Positions 52,030 through 63,845 of a stretch of 64,000 nucleotides of DNA are shown here, one piece after another (within the stretch, counting starts at the first letter, position 1; each line of letters opens with the position of its first letter). The DNA comes from Octopus bimaculoides (lineage: Eukaryota): positions 73,473,361 to 73,537,360 of the forward strand of contig NC_068989.1 of assembly GCF_001194135.2 (NCBI RefSeq). Reading direction: 5' to 3'. Both the position numbers and the translations under genes were made by a program. The notes below the pieces were generated by a model. The model was not told the DNA's origin. It did not search any database and saw nothing but the letters and a program-made list of their open reading frames with translations.

Positions 52030-52325
52030 CTGGATTTGGTCAGTTTCTTATTGTAACCATTTACGTTCTCTATTTCTTCTATGCCAGTCTTGATGGTGTG
52101 ACCCCAGACTGTTCTCTCTTCTGCATTTTTCTCCCAGGATTTAGGGTCAATGTTGGTGCTTTTCATCATCTGTTTTAAATGGTCTTTGTAGCTTCACATG
52201 GGATGTCTGCATGATCTCTTGCCACCACTATGTTTGCTGTAAGAGGATTTGATATTGCAGTCCAATACACTTCATGCAGGGACATGACCTCCCATCTGAG
52301 GTGATGTTTGATGGTGTTGACCTTA
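52030..52325 (-). pseudogene. Frameshifted RTE/BovB-type ORF2 C-terminal fragment
   Basis: IKHHLRW... then SYKDHLKQMMKSTNIDPKSWEKNAEERTVWGHTIKTGIEEIE, matching RYKDxLKxxLK...ID...WE..A.DR..W. Confidence 0.65.
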
Positions 52326-52345
52326 ATTCTATTGGTGTCACTTAA

Positions 52346-52558
52346 CCCTTTAGCATTTAAACCAGCCATATCTGGCCCAAATATTCTACATGTTTTGTGT
52401 TCAAGCTGTCATGGTCTGACCTCTTACATATACCCTATAATGTCATTTTAAAAATATGCAATTACATCGTTGAAATCTGAAAGCTAAAAGATAATGCAGG
52501 ATTCATTCCAAAGAATGTGAATAAATAAGTATTAAATTTGACAAAGTAATCTAAATGC
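52346..52558 (-). mobile_element. piggyBac-like MITE copy, one end lost
   Basis: TTAA|CCCTTTAGCATTTAAACCAGCC...; right TIR truncated. Confidence 0.75.
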
Positions 52559-53649
52559 ATTTCTGTTGAAATGCTCTGTCATTGATTCAATTAATTTTGA
52601 AAATGATAAAGAATTTGTCACTTTGTCACTTCTAATCTGGGGTTTGAAACATAAGTTATTATGAAAGTTTGACGGAAGATTTTAATTTAGATCACTTTAA
52701 AACAGGAAGTGCTTCTAAGCACATAGTTTGGGGCTTAGTTCCACTTTGTAGTACCTTGGGCAAGTGTCTTCTACTATAACCTATTAAGCCTTGTGGGTGG
52801 ATTCAGTTGATGATAACTGGAAGAAGCTTATCATATATGTATGTGTGTGTATGTGAAGTGACTTCATTTGGGCATAGAGTAGATTTGAACCTGAATCTGC
52901 AAATTTCCCCTAACATTTCAACAGCATTTTTCTCACAGAAAAATGGAAGTTGATAAGAGTTTTGTTCAACACATGGCTTTGCCAATTCAATTTATGTCTT
53001 TTCCATTTGACTCTTAACCTCTTTTATGCCGTTGAAAAGTTGAAATTAGATAAGAATAACCTACATGAAACCACACATTGTTATCAACAATATACCTCTC
53101 TTTCTAGCTAGTCTGCATAGTTATAAGTACTAGAATTCTGAAAAGAAAAAATGGAGTTGGTGAAAAGAGACAACCAGAGGCAGGTCAGAGGATGAGCAGA
53201 AAGCAGACCAGTAGAGATTACAACAACAGGGCTGTCCTGCACAACGACCAAGTCACTACTTGCCTTACTCTCTCAGCTTTCCACCTTCAGTGACATTACT
53301 CTATCAATCTCCCTAGTACTAGATTGACAGGATCAAGCAGCGTAGAGCCTAAGGCCATACAGTATCAGGTACTGAAATACAACACTCCTGTTTATACAGA
53401 TCTGCTCTCGATTGTTGATATTATCATCTACCCATTGTGGTTAAGTACTGATCACATGTAACGGTTAAATGAAATATTTGTTTATAACTTTGACCACTGT
53501 CTTTATTTCACGGAGTCAACATCACCAACATAGCAACCCGTTACATATGTGTTGTGTGTGCATATGCATGTGTCTCCTTGTTTTGACATCAAGAGTTAGT
53601 TATAAACAAGTATCACCATCACAGCAGCTGAGTCCCTCGTTTCTAGCCT

Positions 53650-53812
53650 TTTGTGGAAAATGTGTTTAGCGATGGGGGAGATATTATCTTGCTTGGAAAC
53701 GTGTGAACGTTGGTGATAAGAAGAGCATCAAGCTGTACAAAAATCTGCCTCAAAAAAATTCTACTTGAACCATGATTACAGAGAAAATGTAGATGTTAAA
53801 GTGATGATGACA
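53650..53812 (+). mobile_element. 3' end of a second RTE-like family with a (GAT)n tail
   Basis: GCTTGGAAA..GTTGGTGA.A.GAAGAG.ATC..CATG....GAAAA..GAYRTT.AA.TGATGATG, shared with 63085-63225 (+) and loosely with 32930-33060 (-). Confidence 0.55.
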
Positions 53813-53890
53813 ATTTTCTTGTCTGAAGTTGAGGTTATTAATCTGAAAAGTTATAATCTTATAGGTTTTAGTATAAGATTCTGCAGAAAG

Positions 53891-54274
53891 TTGTTGTTGT
53901 TGGCACTCCGTCGCTTATGACATCGAGGGTTCCAGTTGATCTGATCAACGGAACAGCCTGCTCGTGAAATTAACGTGCAAGTGGCTGAGCACTCCACAGA
54001 TACATGTACCCTTAACGTAGTTCTCGGGGATATTCAGTGTGACACAGTGTGACAAGGCTGATCCTTTGAATTACAGGCACAACAGAAACAGGAAGTAAGA
54101 GTGAGAGAAAGTTGCGGTGGAAGAGTACAGCAGGGTTCGCCACCATCCGGAGCCTTGTAGAGCTTTAGGTGTTTTTCGCTCAATAAACACTCACAACGCC
54201 CGGTCTGGGAATTGAAACCGCGATTCTATGATCGCGAGTCTGCTGCCCTAACCATTGGGCCATTGTGCCTCCAC
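53891..54274 (-). mobile_element. SINE-B1 full-length copy with a 48-bp flanking duplication
   Basis: Colinear with the other B1 copies; direct repeat at 53844-53891 and 54276-54323. A 5' portion of B1 also lies at about 54911-55108. Confidence 0.9.
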
Positions 54275-55114
54275 GTGAAAAGTATTAATCTTATAGGTTT
54301 TAGTATAAGATTCTGCAGAAAGTAAATATACAGGAACTGTACACATTGTACAGCCAGTGAAAACAGCAGGTGATGCAGAGATCGGGAAGTCTCTTAAGCA
54401 GCTTGGCAGGGAGTCAACTCTTCTAATATGTCAAATGCAATGAAGAGATAGATAGGTAGAGAGAGAGAGAGAGAGTGGCAAACAGCAATGAGCAGTCTTA
54501 CAACAAAGTGATCAACCCACCTGTTACCTAAGTAAAGTATTGTTGTTGTTGTTGTTGTTGTTGAGCAGATTTGTGATCAAACATCATTCCATTCATGACC
54601 ATCCTGTCTTTTTCTTACATGCAGGGAATCCAAAACCATTTTATCCAATGTCCTCTTCTAAGTTATTATTTCTAACTGATCAAGGGATCATATTGTAGCT
54701 CCCTTGTTGTCCTATAATGAGTGTTCTGTGATGGAGATGGATGTAGTGATAAGACAGAGGATAAAATAGTTATATGGGGGTAATTGTTAATTAATTTTTC
54801 ATAGGTTAGTTAGGAGTGAAGGGGAAGTACATGATAATAATAAAGTGCTCCTAGTACACCCTCTTGAGGGATTAGTGACAGTAAGGACACCTAGTTGTAC
54901 AGCATTACTCAAGAAACAGGAAGAAAGAGTGAGAGAAAGTTGGGGTGAAAGAGAACAACAGGGGTCGCCACCACCCCCTGCCGGAGCCTCATGGAGTTTT
55001 TAGGTGTTTTCGCTCAATAAACACTCACAATGCCCGGTCTGGGAATCGAAACCGTGATCCTCCGACTGCAAGTCCGCTGCCCTAACCACTGGGCCATTGC
55101 GCCTCCACTTTTAA

Positions 55115-55325
55115 CCCTTTAGCTTTCAGATTACTCTTGTCAAATATTATACCTATCTATTTACATTGTTTTGAATTAATCTTGTAGCCTCAAGATTTCG
55201 ATGATGTGATTGTTTATGTTTTGAGTAACATTGTAGGGTATGTGTGAGAGGCTGGATTTTATCACTTTGGATATAGAACAGGTAGAATATTTCGAGTGGA
55301 TTTGGCTGGTTTAAATGCTAGAGAG
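55115..55325 (+). mobile_element. piggyBac-like MITE copy
   Basis: TTAA|CCCTTTTAGCTTTCAG...AATGCTAGAGAG|TTAA. Confidence 0.8.
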
Positions 55326-56045
55326 TTAATCCTGGCACTTATTCTATTGGTTCCTATTGTCAAGACACTAAGTTATGTCAAGCGGTGGTGGGGGGACAAA
55401 CAACACCAACACACATGCACACACACACATACACACGCACGTACACACACACACACACACACACACATACACACGCACACACACGTACACACACACACAC
55501 ACACTCTCACACACACACACACATACACACACACAAATATATATAATTGGCTTTTTTCCGTTTCTGCTTACCAAATCCACTCACAAGGTTTAGATTGGCC
55601 TTGGGCTATAGTAGAAGACACTTGCCCAAGGTTCCATGCAGTGGGACTAAATCTAAGGTCACGTGGTTGAGAAGCAAGCTTCTGAGTTACACAATCACAC
55701 CTGTGCATATGAAGCCACGCCTACATTAGCAAATCAAATTCAGGTTTCATGCTCTGTGTGTGTGAGTATGTGCGCATGTGTGTGTATGTGTGTGTGTGTA
55801 ATCTGATGGATTCATTCATGCATTCAAGTTTTATAGTTGTAAATGTCTGTCTATCAAATTTTAAGCTACGCAGGATATATTTACATTTATGAAATTAGTA
55901 GTAATGCAGAACTGGCCCAAAGTTATATTGTTGAAAACATTTGTCCAAAGTGTCGTGCTATGAAACTGAACTCAAACCCACATGCAAAATGCACCTCTTA
56001 CCTCACAACACAGCCACAATTGTGCCTATTTATTAATCACTCAGT

Positions 56046-56550
56046 CATCAACATCATCGATTAACATCCGTTTTCCATGCTGGCATGGGTTGGATGGTTT
56101 GACTGAGGTCTGGAGAGCCAGCAGCTGCACCAGGCTCCAATCTGGTCTGACAGAGTTTCTACAGCTGGATGCCCTTCCTAATGCAAACCACACTGAGAGT
56201 GTAGTAGGTGCTTTTTATGTGCCACCGGCACAGGAGCCAGTAAGGCGGGCCAAGCAACGATCACATTCGCATGGTGCTTTTTACATCCCACTGGCACAGG
56301 TGCCAGTTAGGTAGACCTGGCATCAGTCACAGTCAGTTGGTGCTTTTTACATGCCATCTGCACTGGAGCCAGTAAGGCAAGCCTGGCAAGAACACGTTCA
56401 GACGGTGCTTTTTATGTGTCACCGGCACAGGTGCCAGTCAGGTGGACCTGGCATCGACCATGTTTGGAGAGTACTTTATACATGCCATCAGCATGGGAGC
56501 CAGCCAGTGTGCACCAGCCCCAGCTACAATATTGGTTTTACTTGACTCAA
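56046..56550 (-). mobile_element. RTE-a 3' UTR copy with five array units of about 65 bp
   Basis: Same terminus; five GGTGCTTTTTAYRTG-type units, the last starting AGTACTTTATACATG. Confidence 0.85.
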
Positions 56551-57004
56551 CATATATATATATTAATAACATAATTATATATGTTTTCATAAACATACTA
56601 ATATACATATAAGTTCATGAGTATCTACTGATTGATGTATATGATCGGTCGCTTTTGTATGTGTATGAGAGTAATGGACGATATTAGTACTAAATCATTT
56701 ATTTATTCATTTATTAGTGTAATTAAAGCCTTGTTAATGAGGCAGAGTGGGGGTGAGTTACTGGTGAAAAGCCAATTACCTATTATGATGGTGCAAAAGG
56801 TTTTCCCTGATGTAAAAACTGCTGTGGCAGTCAATAATAGTCGCTCTATACATATATATTTAATAGATTGTAATCATAACACTAATGGGCCGGTTGAGTT
56901 TAATTGCTGTGTATCTTTCAAGTCACCAGTGACCTTTCAGGGCAATGTGCATATCTCCTTTGTCCAGACCAAACCAAACCAATGATATATATATATATAT
57001 ATTT

Positions 57005-57278
57005 AGTGAAGGCGTATGTTCTAGTACTTGGGCTGCTGCACTCATGATTGCTAAATTGTGGGTTCAATTCCCTGACCGGGCAACACGTATCTTGAGTAGA
57101 ATACCTTATTTCGTGTTACTCCAGTCCCCCTCCCCCTTTTGATCAGGGGGAATGTTGGTCTGCTTACCTAGCCAGCAGAGTGGCATCATTTGAAGGCTGA
57201 AACAATGCAGAAGTGCATTGTGACCAGCGATGTGTAACAACATCTGATAGCCTGGCTGGTTACATGATTACATGATAC
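57005..57278 (+). mobile_element. SINE-B4: related head and core with a third tail
   Basis: Head GTGAAGGCGTATG..GGTTCAATTCCC, tail CAGGGGGAATGTTGG...GACCAGCGATGTGTAACAACATCTG; a related inverted partial copy lies at 57722-57885. Confidence 0.6.
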
Positions 57279-58257
57279 ATATGCATGTCACTGCATTGAC
57301 CAGACTATTGGATGTCATTATGCACTGCTGCTCTTGATGTATTTCCTCTCATTGTTTTAGCCTTTAAATGATACCGTAAAGGCACATGGCTCAATAGTTA
57401 GAGTGTCAGACTAACAATCATGAGGTAATGAGTTCAATTCCTGGACTAAGTTATGTGTTGTGTTCTTAAGCAAGACACTTTATTTCACATTTCTCCAGTT
57501 TACCCAGCTACAAAAATGAGTTGAAACATCACAGGTGCCAAGTTGTATCAGCCTTTGCCTTTCCCTTGTATGACATTGGCGGTGTGGAGAAGGGAGACTT
57601 GTATGCATGGGTGACTGCCAGTCTTCCATAAACAACCTTACCCTGACTTGTGCCTCAGAGGGGAACTTTCTAGGTGCAATTCATGACCGAAGGGGGTGCT
57701 TACCCTTTAAATGATACCACTCCACTCACTAGACAGGCTGGCCAACATTCTCTCTGAATAGGATACCGATCTGTCACAGGGTTACTCATTTACAGTGGAG
57801 TGGACTGGAGCAATGTAAAAGAAGTGTTTTGCTCCAGTCTGGCAATCGAAACCATGATCTTTTGATCATGTGCGTAACACTCTACTGGTACTCTGTTAGT
57901 TGTGATGTTGCGGGTTCCAGGTGATCTGATCATCAGAACAGCCTCTTCATGAAATTAATGTGCAAGTGGCTGAGCACTCCACAGACACCTACGCTGAATG
58001 TAGTTTGCAGAGAAATTCAGTGAGACACAGAATGTGACAAGGCCAGCCCTTTGAAATGAGATAGAACTCATTTTTGCCAGTTGACTGCACTGGAGCAACA
58101 TGAAATAAAATGTCTTGCTTGAGGACACAACATGCCACAAGGAATTGAACTCACAAGCTTACAATCATAAGTGGAATACCCTACCACTAACCCATGCACA
58201 TTCACAAGTGCAACACTCTAACCACTTGGCCATGTACCTTATATTATATATGTATAT

Positions 58258-58340
<83 letters not shown>

Positions 58341-59178
58341 GTGTATAACAATGCCGATAGTGTGTAGCAGCAATGCTTTGTTGGTTGGCTGGTTGGTTGG
58401 TTGGTAATGTTATCTAACCCTAGATCAAACAAACAATCCCTTTTTTTACATGTAGGGGACCTCAATCCACATTATTAAGTGTACCCTTTTTTATAAGTAA
58501 GATGTGATTTAAGGGATGGGGAGGATTTGGCTGCCATTTCAAGCATGCCACACGACCACCCAGAGGTTCTCTGTAAACTTGTGCTTGTATGTGTCTGTGT
58601 GTGACTATGTATGTGTGAGCAGCAATGAATGAAGGTAGTGACTTCATAAGTTTGTTTAATTTGCTGCTCTGGCTAGCAAATGGTAGATACAAGTTGTTCA
58701 TTAGTATGTATTTATGTCTTTAATTGATGTAATCTTGATCAACAGTCTGAAGTAGGTAAAATATACTGTCTACAATCTCCTCATGCATTAAATAGTTTAT
58801 TTTTAACATAATTTTTCTATTAGCAGAGTCTTATGTTTGTAATATTTGCATATGTGGGGATGTTTAGGAGTGTTGTAGGTGTGTGTAGAAGTGTGGGTGT
58901 GTGTAGGAGTGTGTGTGTATTTATATGTGTAAGTGTGTGTAAATATATATATGTCTTTTTTTTATTTTTTTATTTGTTTCAGTCATTTGACTGGAGCCAT
59001 GCTGGGGCACCGCCTTTAGTTGAACAAATGAACTCCAAGACTTATTCTATTGGTCTCTTTTGCCAAACTTCTAAGTTTCGGGGATATAAACACTCCAACA
59101 TCGGTTGTCAAGCAATGGTAGGGGGACAAACACAGACATAAACATATACATACATATATATGTATATATATGTATATA

Positions 59179-59218
<40 letters not shown>

Positions 59219-59509
59219 CAGGCTTCTTTCAGTTTCTGTCTACCAAATCCACTCACAAGGCTTTGGTCAGCCCAAGGCTATAGTAGAAGATATTTGCTGA
59301 AGGTGCCATGCAGTGGGACTGAACCCAGAACTATGTGATTGGTAAGCAAGCAACTCACCACACAGACGCTCCTGATATATATTCTTTTATTCTTTTAGTC
59401 ATATGACTGCAGCCATGATGGAGCACCACCTTGAAGGGCTTTAGTAAAATAAATCAATCCCAGCACTTGTTTCTGTTTTTTTAACCCTAATACTTATTCT
59501 ATTGGTCTC

Positions 59510-60142
59510 AAATTCTGCCAAAAACTTGATATGCAAGCCCAGACTATCAAGAAGATTCAGAAGACCTTTAGAGATGATATTATGGAAAAAAAAACACAAA
59601 TAAAGGAGTGGTACAACCGGTTCAAAGATGGCCATACCTCAGTGGACAGTGAGCCTCATTGTGGCAGACCATTGACTAGCAGAAGTGATGAAATGATTAC
59701 AAAGGTTTGAGGAATAGTCTATGAAGACCGTCATGTGACTATTGAGGAGATTGCTGCTGAAGTTGCATTCAACCATGGGTCAGTTCAGTCAGTTCATTTG
59801 GCTCATGTTGTCCAAGCATTCTACATCAAGCAAAACCCAGCACTTGTTCTTCAGGTTTCCTACTGCCCAGATTTGGCTCCGTGTGACTTTTGGCCATTCC
59901 CAAAGCTCAGAAACACACCGGAAGGGAGAAGATTTGCGTCAACGGTGGAGACATTGAGCAAAATTTGATGGTACAGCTCTACAGTGAATTCCAGAAATGT
60001 TTCCAACAGTGGCAGGAACATTGCCAGAAGTGTGTAGACTCCCAAGGCAAATACTTTGAAGGAGACTAAATCAAAATGGTGAATTTTTTAATATTACTTG
60101 TTTTTTTGGCCAAAGGTCGGATACTTTTTGACTATACCTTGT
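59510..60142 (+). mobile_element. Internally deleted mariner/Tc1 transposase relic
   Basis: KFCQKLDMQAQTIKKIQKTFRDDIM, TQIKEWYNRFKDGHTSVDSEPHCGRP, RHVTIEEIAAEV, YCPDLAPCDFWPFPKL (YSPDL motif) and FQKCFQQWQEHCQKCVDSQGKYFEGD*. Probable right TIR GGTCGGATACTTTTTGACTATACCTTG. Most of the catalytic core and the left TIR are missing. Confidence 0.85.
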
Positions 60143-60183
60143 GTATATATTTATATATATATATATATATATCATATATATAT

Positions 60184-61165
60184 CACCATCGTTGTCGTTT
60201 AATGCCCACTTTCCATACTGGCATAACTTGGATGGTTTGACGAGGGCTGGCAAGCCAGAAGGCTGCACCAGGCTCCAATCTGATCTGGCAATGTTTCTAC
60301 AGCTGGATGCATTTCCTAATGCCAACCACTCCAGGATTGTAGTAGGTGTTTTTTATGTGCCAGTCAGGCAGTATTGGCATCAGCTACGTTTGAATGGTGC
60401 TTTTTACATGCCACCGGCACAGGAGCCTGTCAGGCAGCATTGGCATCGACCACACTCGAATGGTGCTTTTTACATTCCACTGGCATGGGTGCTAAACAGG
60501 CGGTACTGTCATCGGCCATGACGACAACTTCACTTGCCTCAACAGGTCTTCGCAAGTGCAGTTTACTGCCCAATGATTGAAGGGTACTCTTAAATGGGCT
60601 GGTTATGCTGCAATGGCATAGGCCATGGTTACGGTCTCACTTGGCTTGCTGGGTCTTCTCAAGCACAGTATATCTCCAAAGGTCTCAGTCACTTGTCATC
60701 GCCTCGGTGAGGCCCAACGTTTGAAGGTTGTGTTTCAACATCTCATCCCAGGTCTTACTGAATCTATCTCTTCCACAGGTTCTGTCCACTGCTAGGGTGT
60801 GACACATTTTCACACAGCTGTCCTCATCCATATGCAACACATGACCGTACCAGCACAGTCACTCGCATGCACATCACATCTGATGCCTCTTATGTCTAAC
60901 TTTTCTCTCAGGGTGCTTACACTCTGTCATGTATACACACTGACATTACATGTCCAGCTGATCATACTAACTTTATTCCTTACAAGCTTACACATGTCCT
61001 CAGCAGTCGTGGTCCATGTTTCACTGTGATGTAGCATGGCTGTTTGCACACATGCATCATACAGTCTACCTTTTATTCTGAGTGAGAAGCCCTTTGTCAC
61101 CAGCAGAGGTAGGAGCTCTCTGAGCTTTGCCCAAGAGCAGAGGTAGAAGCTCTCTGAACTTTGAT
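60184..61165 (-). mobile_element. RTE-a LINE, 5'-truncated and degraded copy
   Basis: Same RT C-terminal region and 3' UTR as 31503-32585, with about three array units and a 34-bp-period duplication at the 5' junction. Confidence 0.85.
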
Positions 61166-63451
61166 GGATTCCATCATTTTTGCCAGCTGGGTGAACTGGA
61201 GCAACATGAAATAAAGTATCTTACTCAAGGACACGACATGCCTTGGGCTATAGTAGAAGGCACTTGCCCGAAGTGTCACATTGTGTGACTGAGTCTGAAA
61301 CTATGAGGTTAGAAAGCAGACCTTTTACCACACAGTCATGCCTGTGAGTAAGCTAAAACCTACTAATTTACATTTCCCCCACTGCTGAACTTACTTTCAA
61401 TCTAGATAAGGTTAAGTAATGCAGGTAATCTCAATTGTAATTACTTTGTATATTTTGGAGACAATTTGGGTTAAAAAGAAAAAGAAAAAATCAATAGAAA
61501 AAAATTTTCTAAAATTTTTTAGTTTGGAAACTAATCAGGTGAAAATAAGTTAGAAATAATTTTTCCCTGACAATTTAATGGAATAATTTACAAGTATTTA
61601 AATGCTCAAAAAACAGTTAATATTTTTACTTTATGACATCTGTGGTTTCTTCATAATTCTTTCACTATGTCAAATGAACATCTCTGACTATATTAATTTC
61701 AGTAATCATTCGATTTCGTAACCTTATTATTATCTTAAATTTAATTAACCATCCACCAACTGATATGTCTGACTTGGTGCATTTCGATTTGTTTTGATGT
61801 TGAATACTTTTGTTCAATGTCGTACAAAATTAGCTGTATGTTATTAAAATATCACTTTCCTGCTAGCATAAAACTGATGAAAGCTTTGTACCAATACTAA
61901 TAAAATCTTTCAATTATAATGCAAGCTGTCCTCAGTGGAGAATTAAAATGTCTTGCTGTGCATGTAGGTCTTTGGTTTCCTTCATGAAGAACAGAAAGCT
62001 TAGGTTTTAGCTACAGCCATTTAGCAAACCCTAGTGGTCTTACAAAGACCATTTTTCAAAGAACTGTACTACGAGAAAGGAGAGTGGACAAAACGAAAAG
62101 ATAAATGGTGAACATCAAGGGATAACACAGGCAAATCATTGCAGTAATATGAGATTTGGCATACAGTTACACAGATTGTGAGGTCTGGCATATATACAGC
62201 ATGTACATATATGATGCTCATATGGCTTCATCAGTGGTTGAGGGCTCAAGTTGACATGAATTTATGATATTTCTTTTTCTGTTGCAGTAAACAATCAGGA
62301 GAAGTTCAGTTTCTTTCCCTCTTGTTGTAGCATACATTTTTTTACTCTGTCATCTCAGCAGCTACTTTACAAAATCAGTAGGCTGCTGCAACTAGCCAAT
62401 GATTTCATATATAATTGTGCATGTGTGTGTGTGTATGTGCGCACATGTTTGTTATGTGCATAGGCATAGCTGTGTGGTTCAGAAGCTTGCTTCTTAATCA
62501 TGCTATTTTGAGCTCACTTCCATCATGTAGAACTTTAGGCAAGTGTCTTCTACTGTAGCTCCATGCTGACCAAAGCCTTGTGAATGCATTTGAATGATGA
62601 AAGGACCTCATCGTGTGTGTGTGTGTGTGTGTGTGTCTCCCTCTGTTGACATCATATACTCTTTTACTCTTTTACTTGTTTCAGTCATTTGACTGTGGCC
62701 ATGCTGGAGCACCGCCTTTAGTCGAGAAAATCGACCCCAGGACTTATTCTTTGTAAGCCTTGTACTTATTCTATCATTCTCTTTTTGCCGAACCGCTAAG
62801 TTACGGGGATGTAAACACACCAGCATCAGTTGTCAAGCTATGGTGGGGGGACAAGCACAGACACAAACACACATACATACATATATATATATATACATAT
62901 ATACGACAGGCTTCTTTCAGTTTCCATCTACCAAATCCACTCACAAGGCTTTGGTCGGCCCGAGGCTATAGTAGAAGACACTTGCCCAAGGTGCCACGCA
63001 GTGGGACTGAACCCGGAACCATGTGGTTGGTAAGCAAGCTGTTATACAAGTGTTGTTATTCATTTTCAACCTTCCCTGAAAAGCAAGTTTAGCTATGGGG
63101 ACATATCACCTAGCTTGGAAAATAGTGAGGGTTGGTGACAGGAAGAGTATCCAGTCATAGACAATCAGTATCTGAACTTCATAATCATGGAAAAGTTGAC
63201 ATTGAAATGAAGATGATGATGTTGATATCATATATTTATATATTTGGAGATGCTCTGTATTAATAAAAAGTAAATATATTAAAATATGCTTCAGTTATAT
63301 TCATTTAATTTCTATTAACATAAAAGCCTCTCCAGACAGAGGTGAAGTTGCAAGTATCACCTAAACGTTTGAATACTGAGTATGGTGCTGATCTGACGAA
63401 ACAGGTTGGGTAACAGATTAAATTCTGTGTGACATTCAATTACATCCTAGT

Positions 63452-63845
63452 AGGCACAGGAGTGGCTGTGTGGTAAGAAGCTTGCTTCCCAATCACATGG
63501 TTCTGGGTTCAGTCCCATTGCGTGGCACCTTGGGCAAGTGTCTTCTACTATAGCCTCGGGCTGACCAAAGCCTTGTGAGTGGATTTGGTAGACGGAAACT
63601 GAAATAAACCCATCATATATATATATATGTATGTATTTGTGTGTCTGTGTTTGTCCCCCACTCCACTCCATCATCGCTTGATAACTGATGTTGGTGTGTT
63701 TATATTCCTATAACTTAGCAGTTTGGCAAAAGAGACCAATAGAATAAGTACTAGGCTTACAAAGAATAAGTCCTGGGGTCGATTTGTTTGACTAAAGACG
63801 GTGCTCCAGCATGGCTACAGTCAAATGACTGAAACAAGTAAAAGA
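63452..63845 (+). mobile_element. SINE-A full-length copy
   Basis: Complete and colinear. Other full or partial copies (approximate): 3850-4060, 4255-4492, 5095-5525, 8400-9600 (several), 14100-14280, 16547-16785, 22640-23450, 24445-24720, 25720-25870, 27985-28200, 42918-43512, 45230-45390, 47570-47720, 51692-51886, 52715-52850, 55335-55712, 58965-59500, 61245-61345, 62458-62600, 62658-63040, 63920-64000. Confidence 0.85.
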
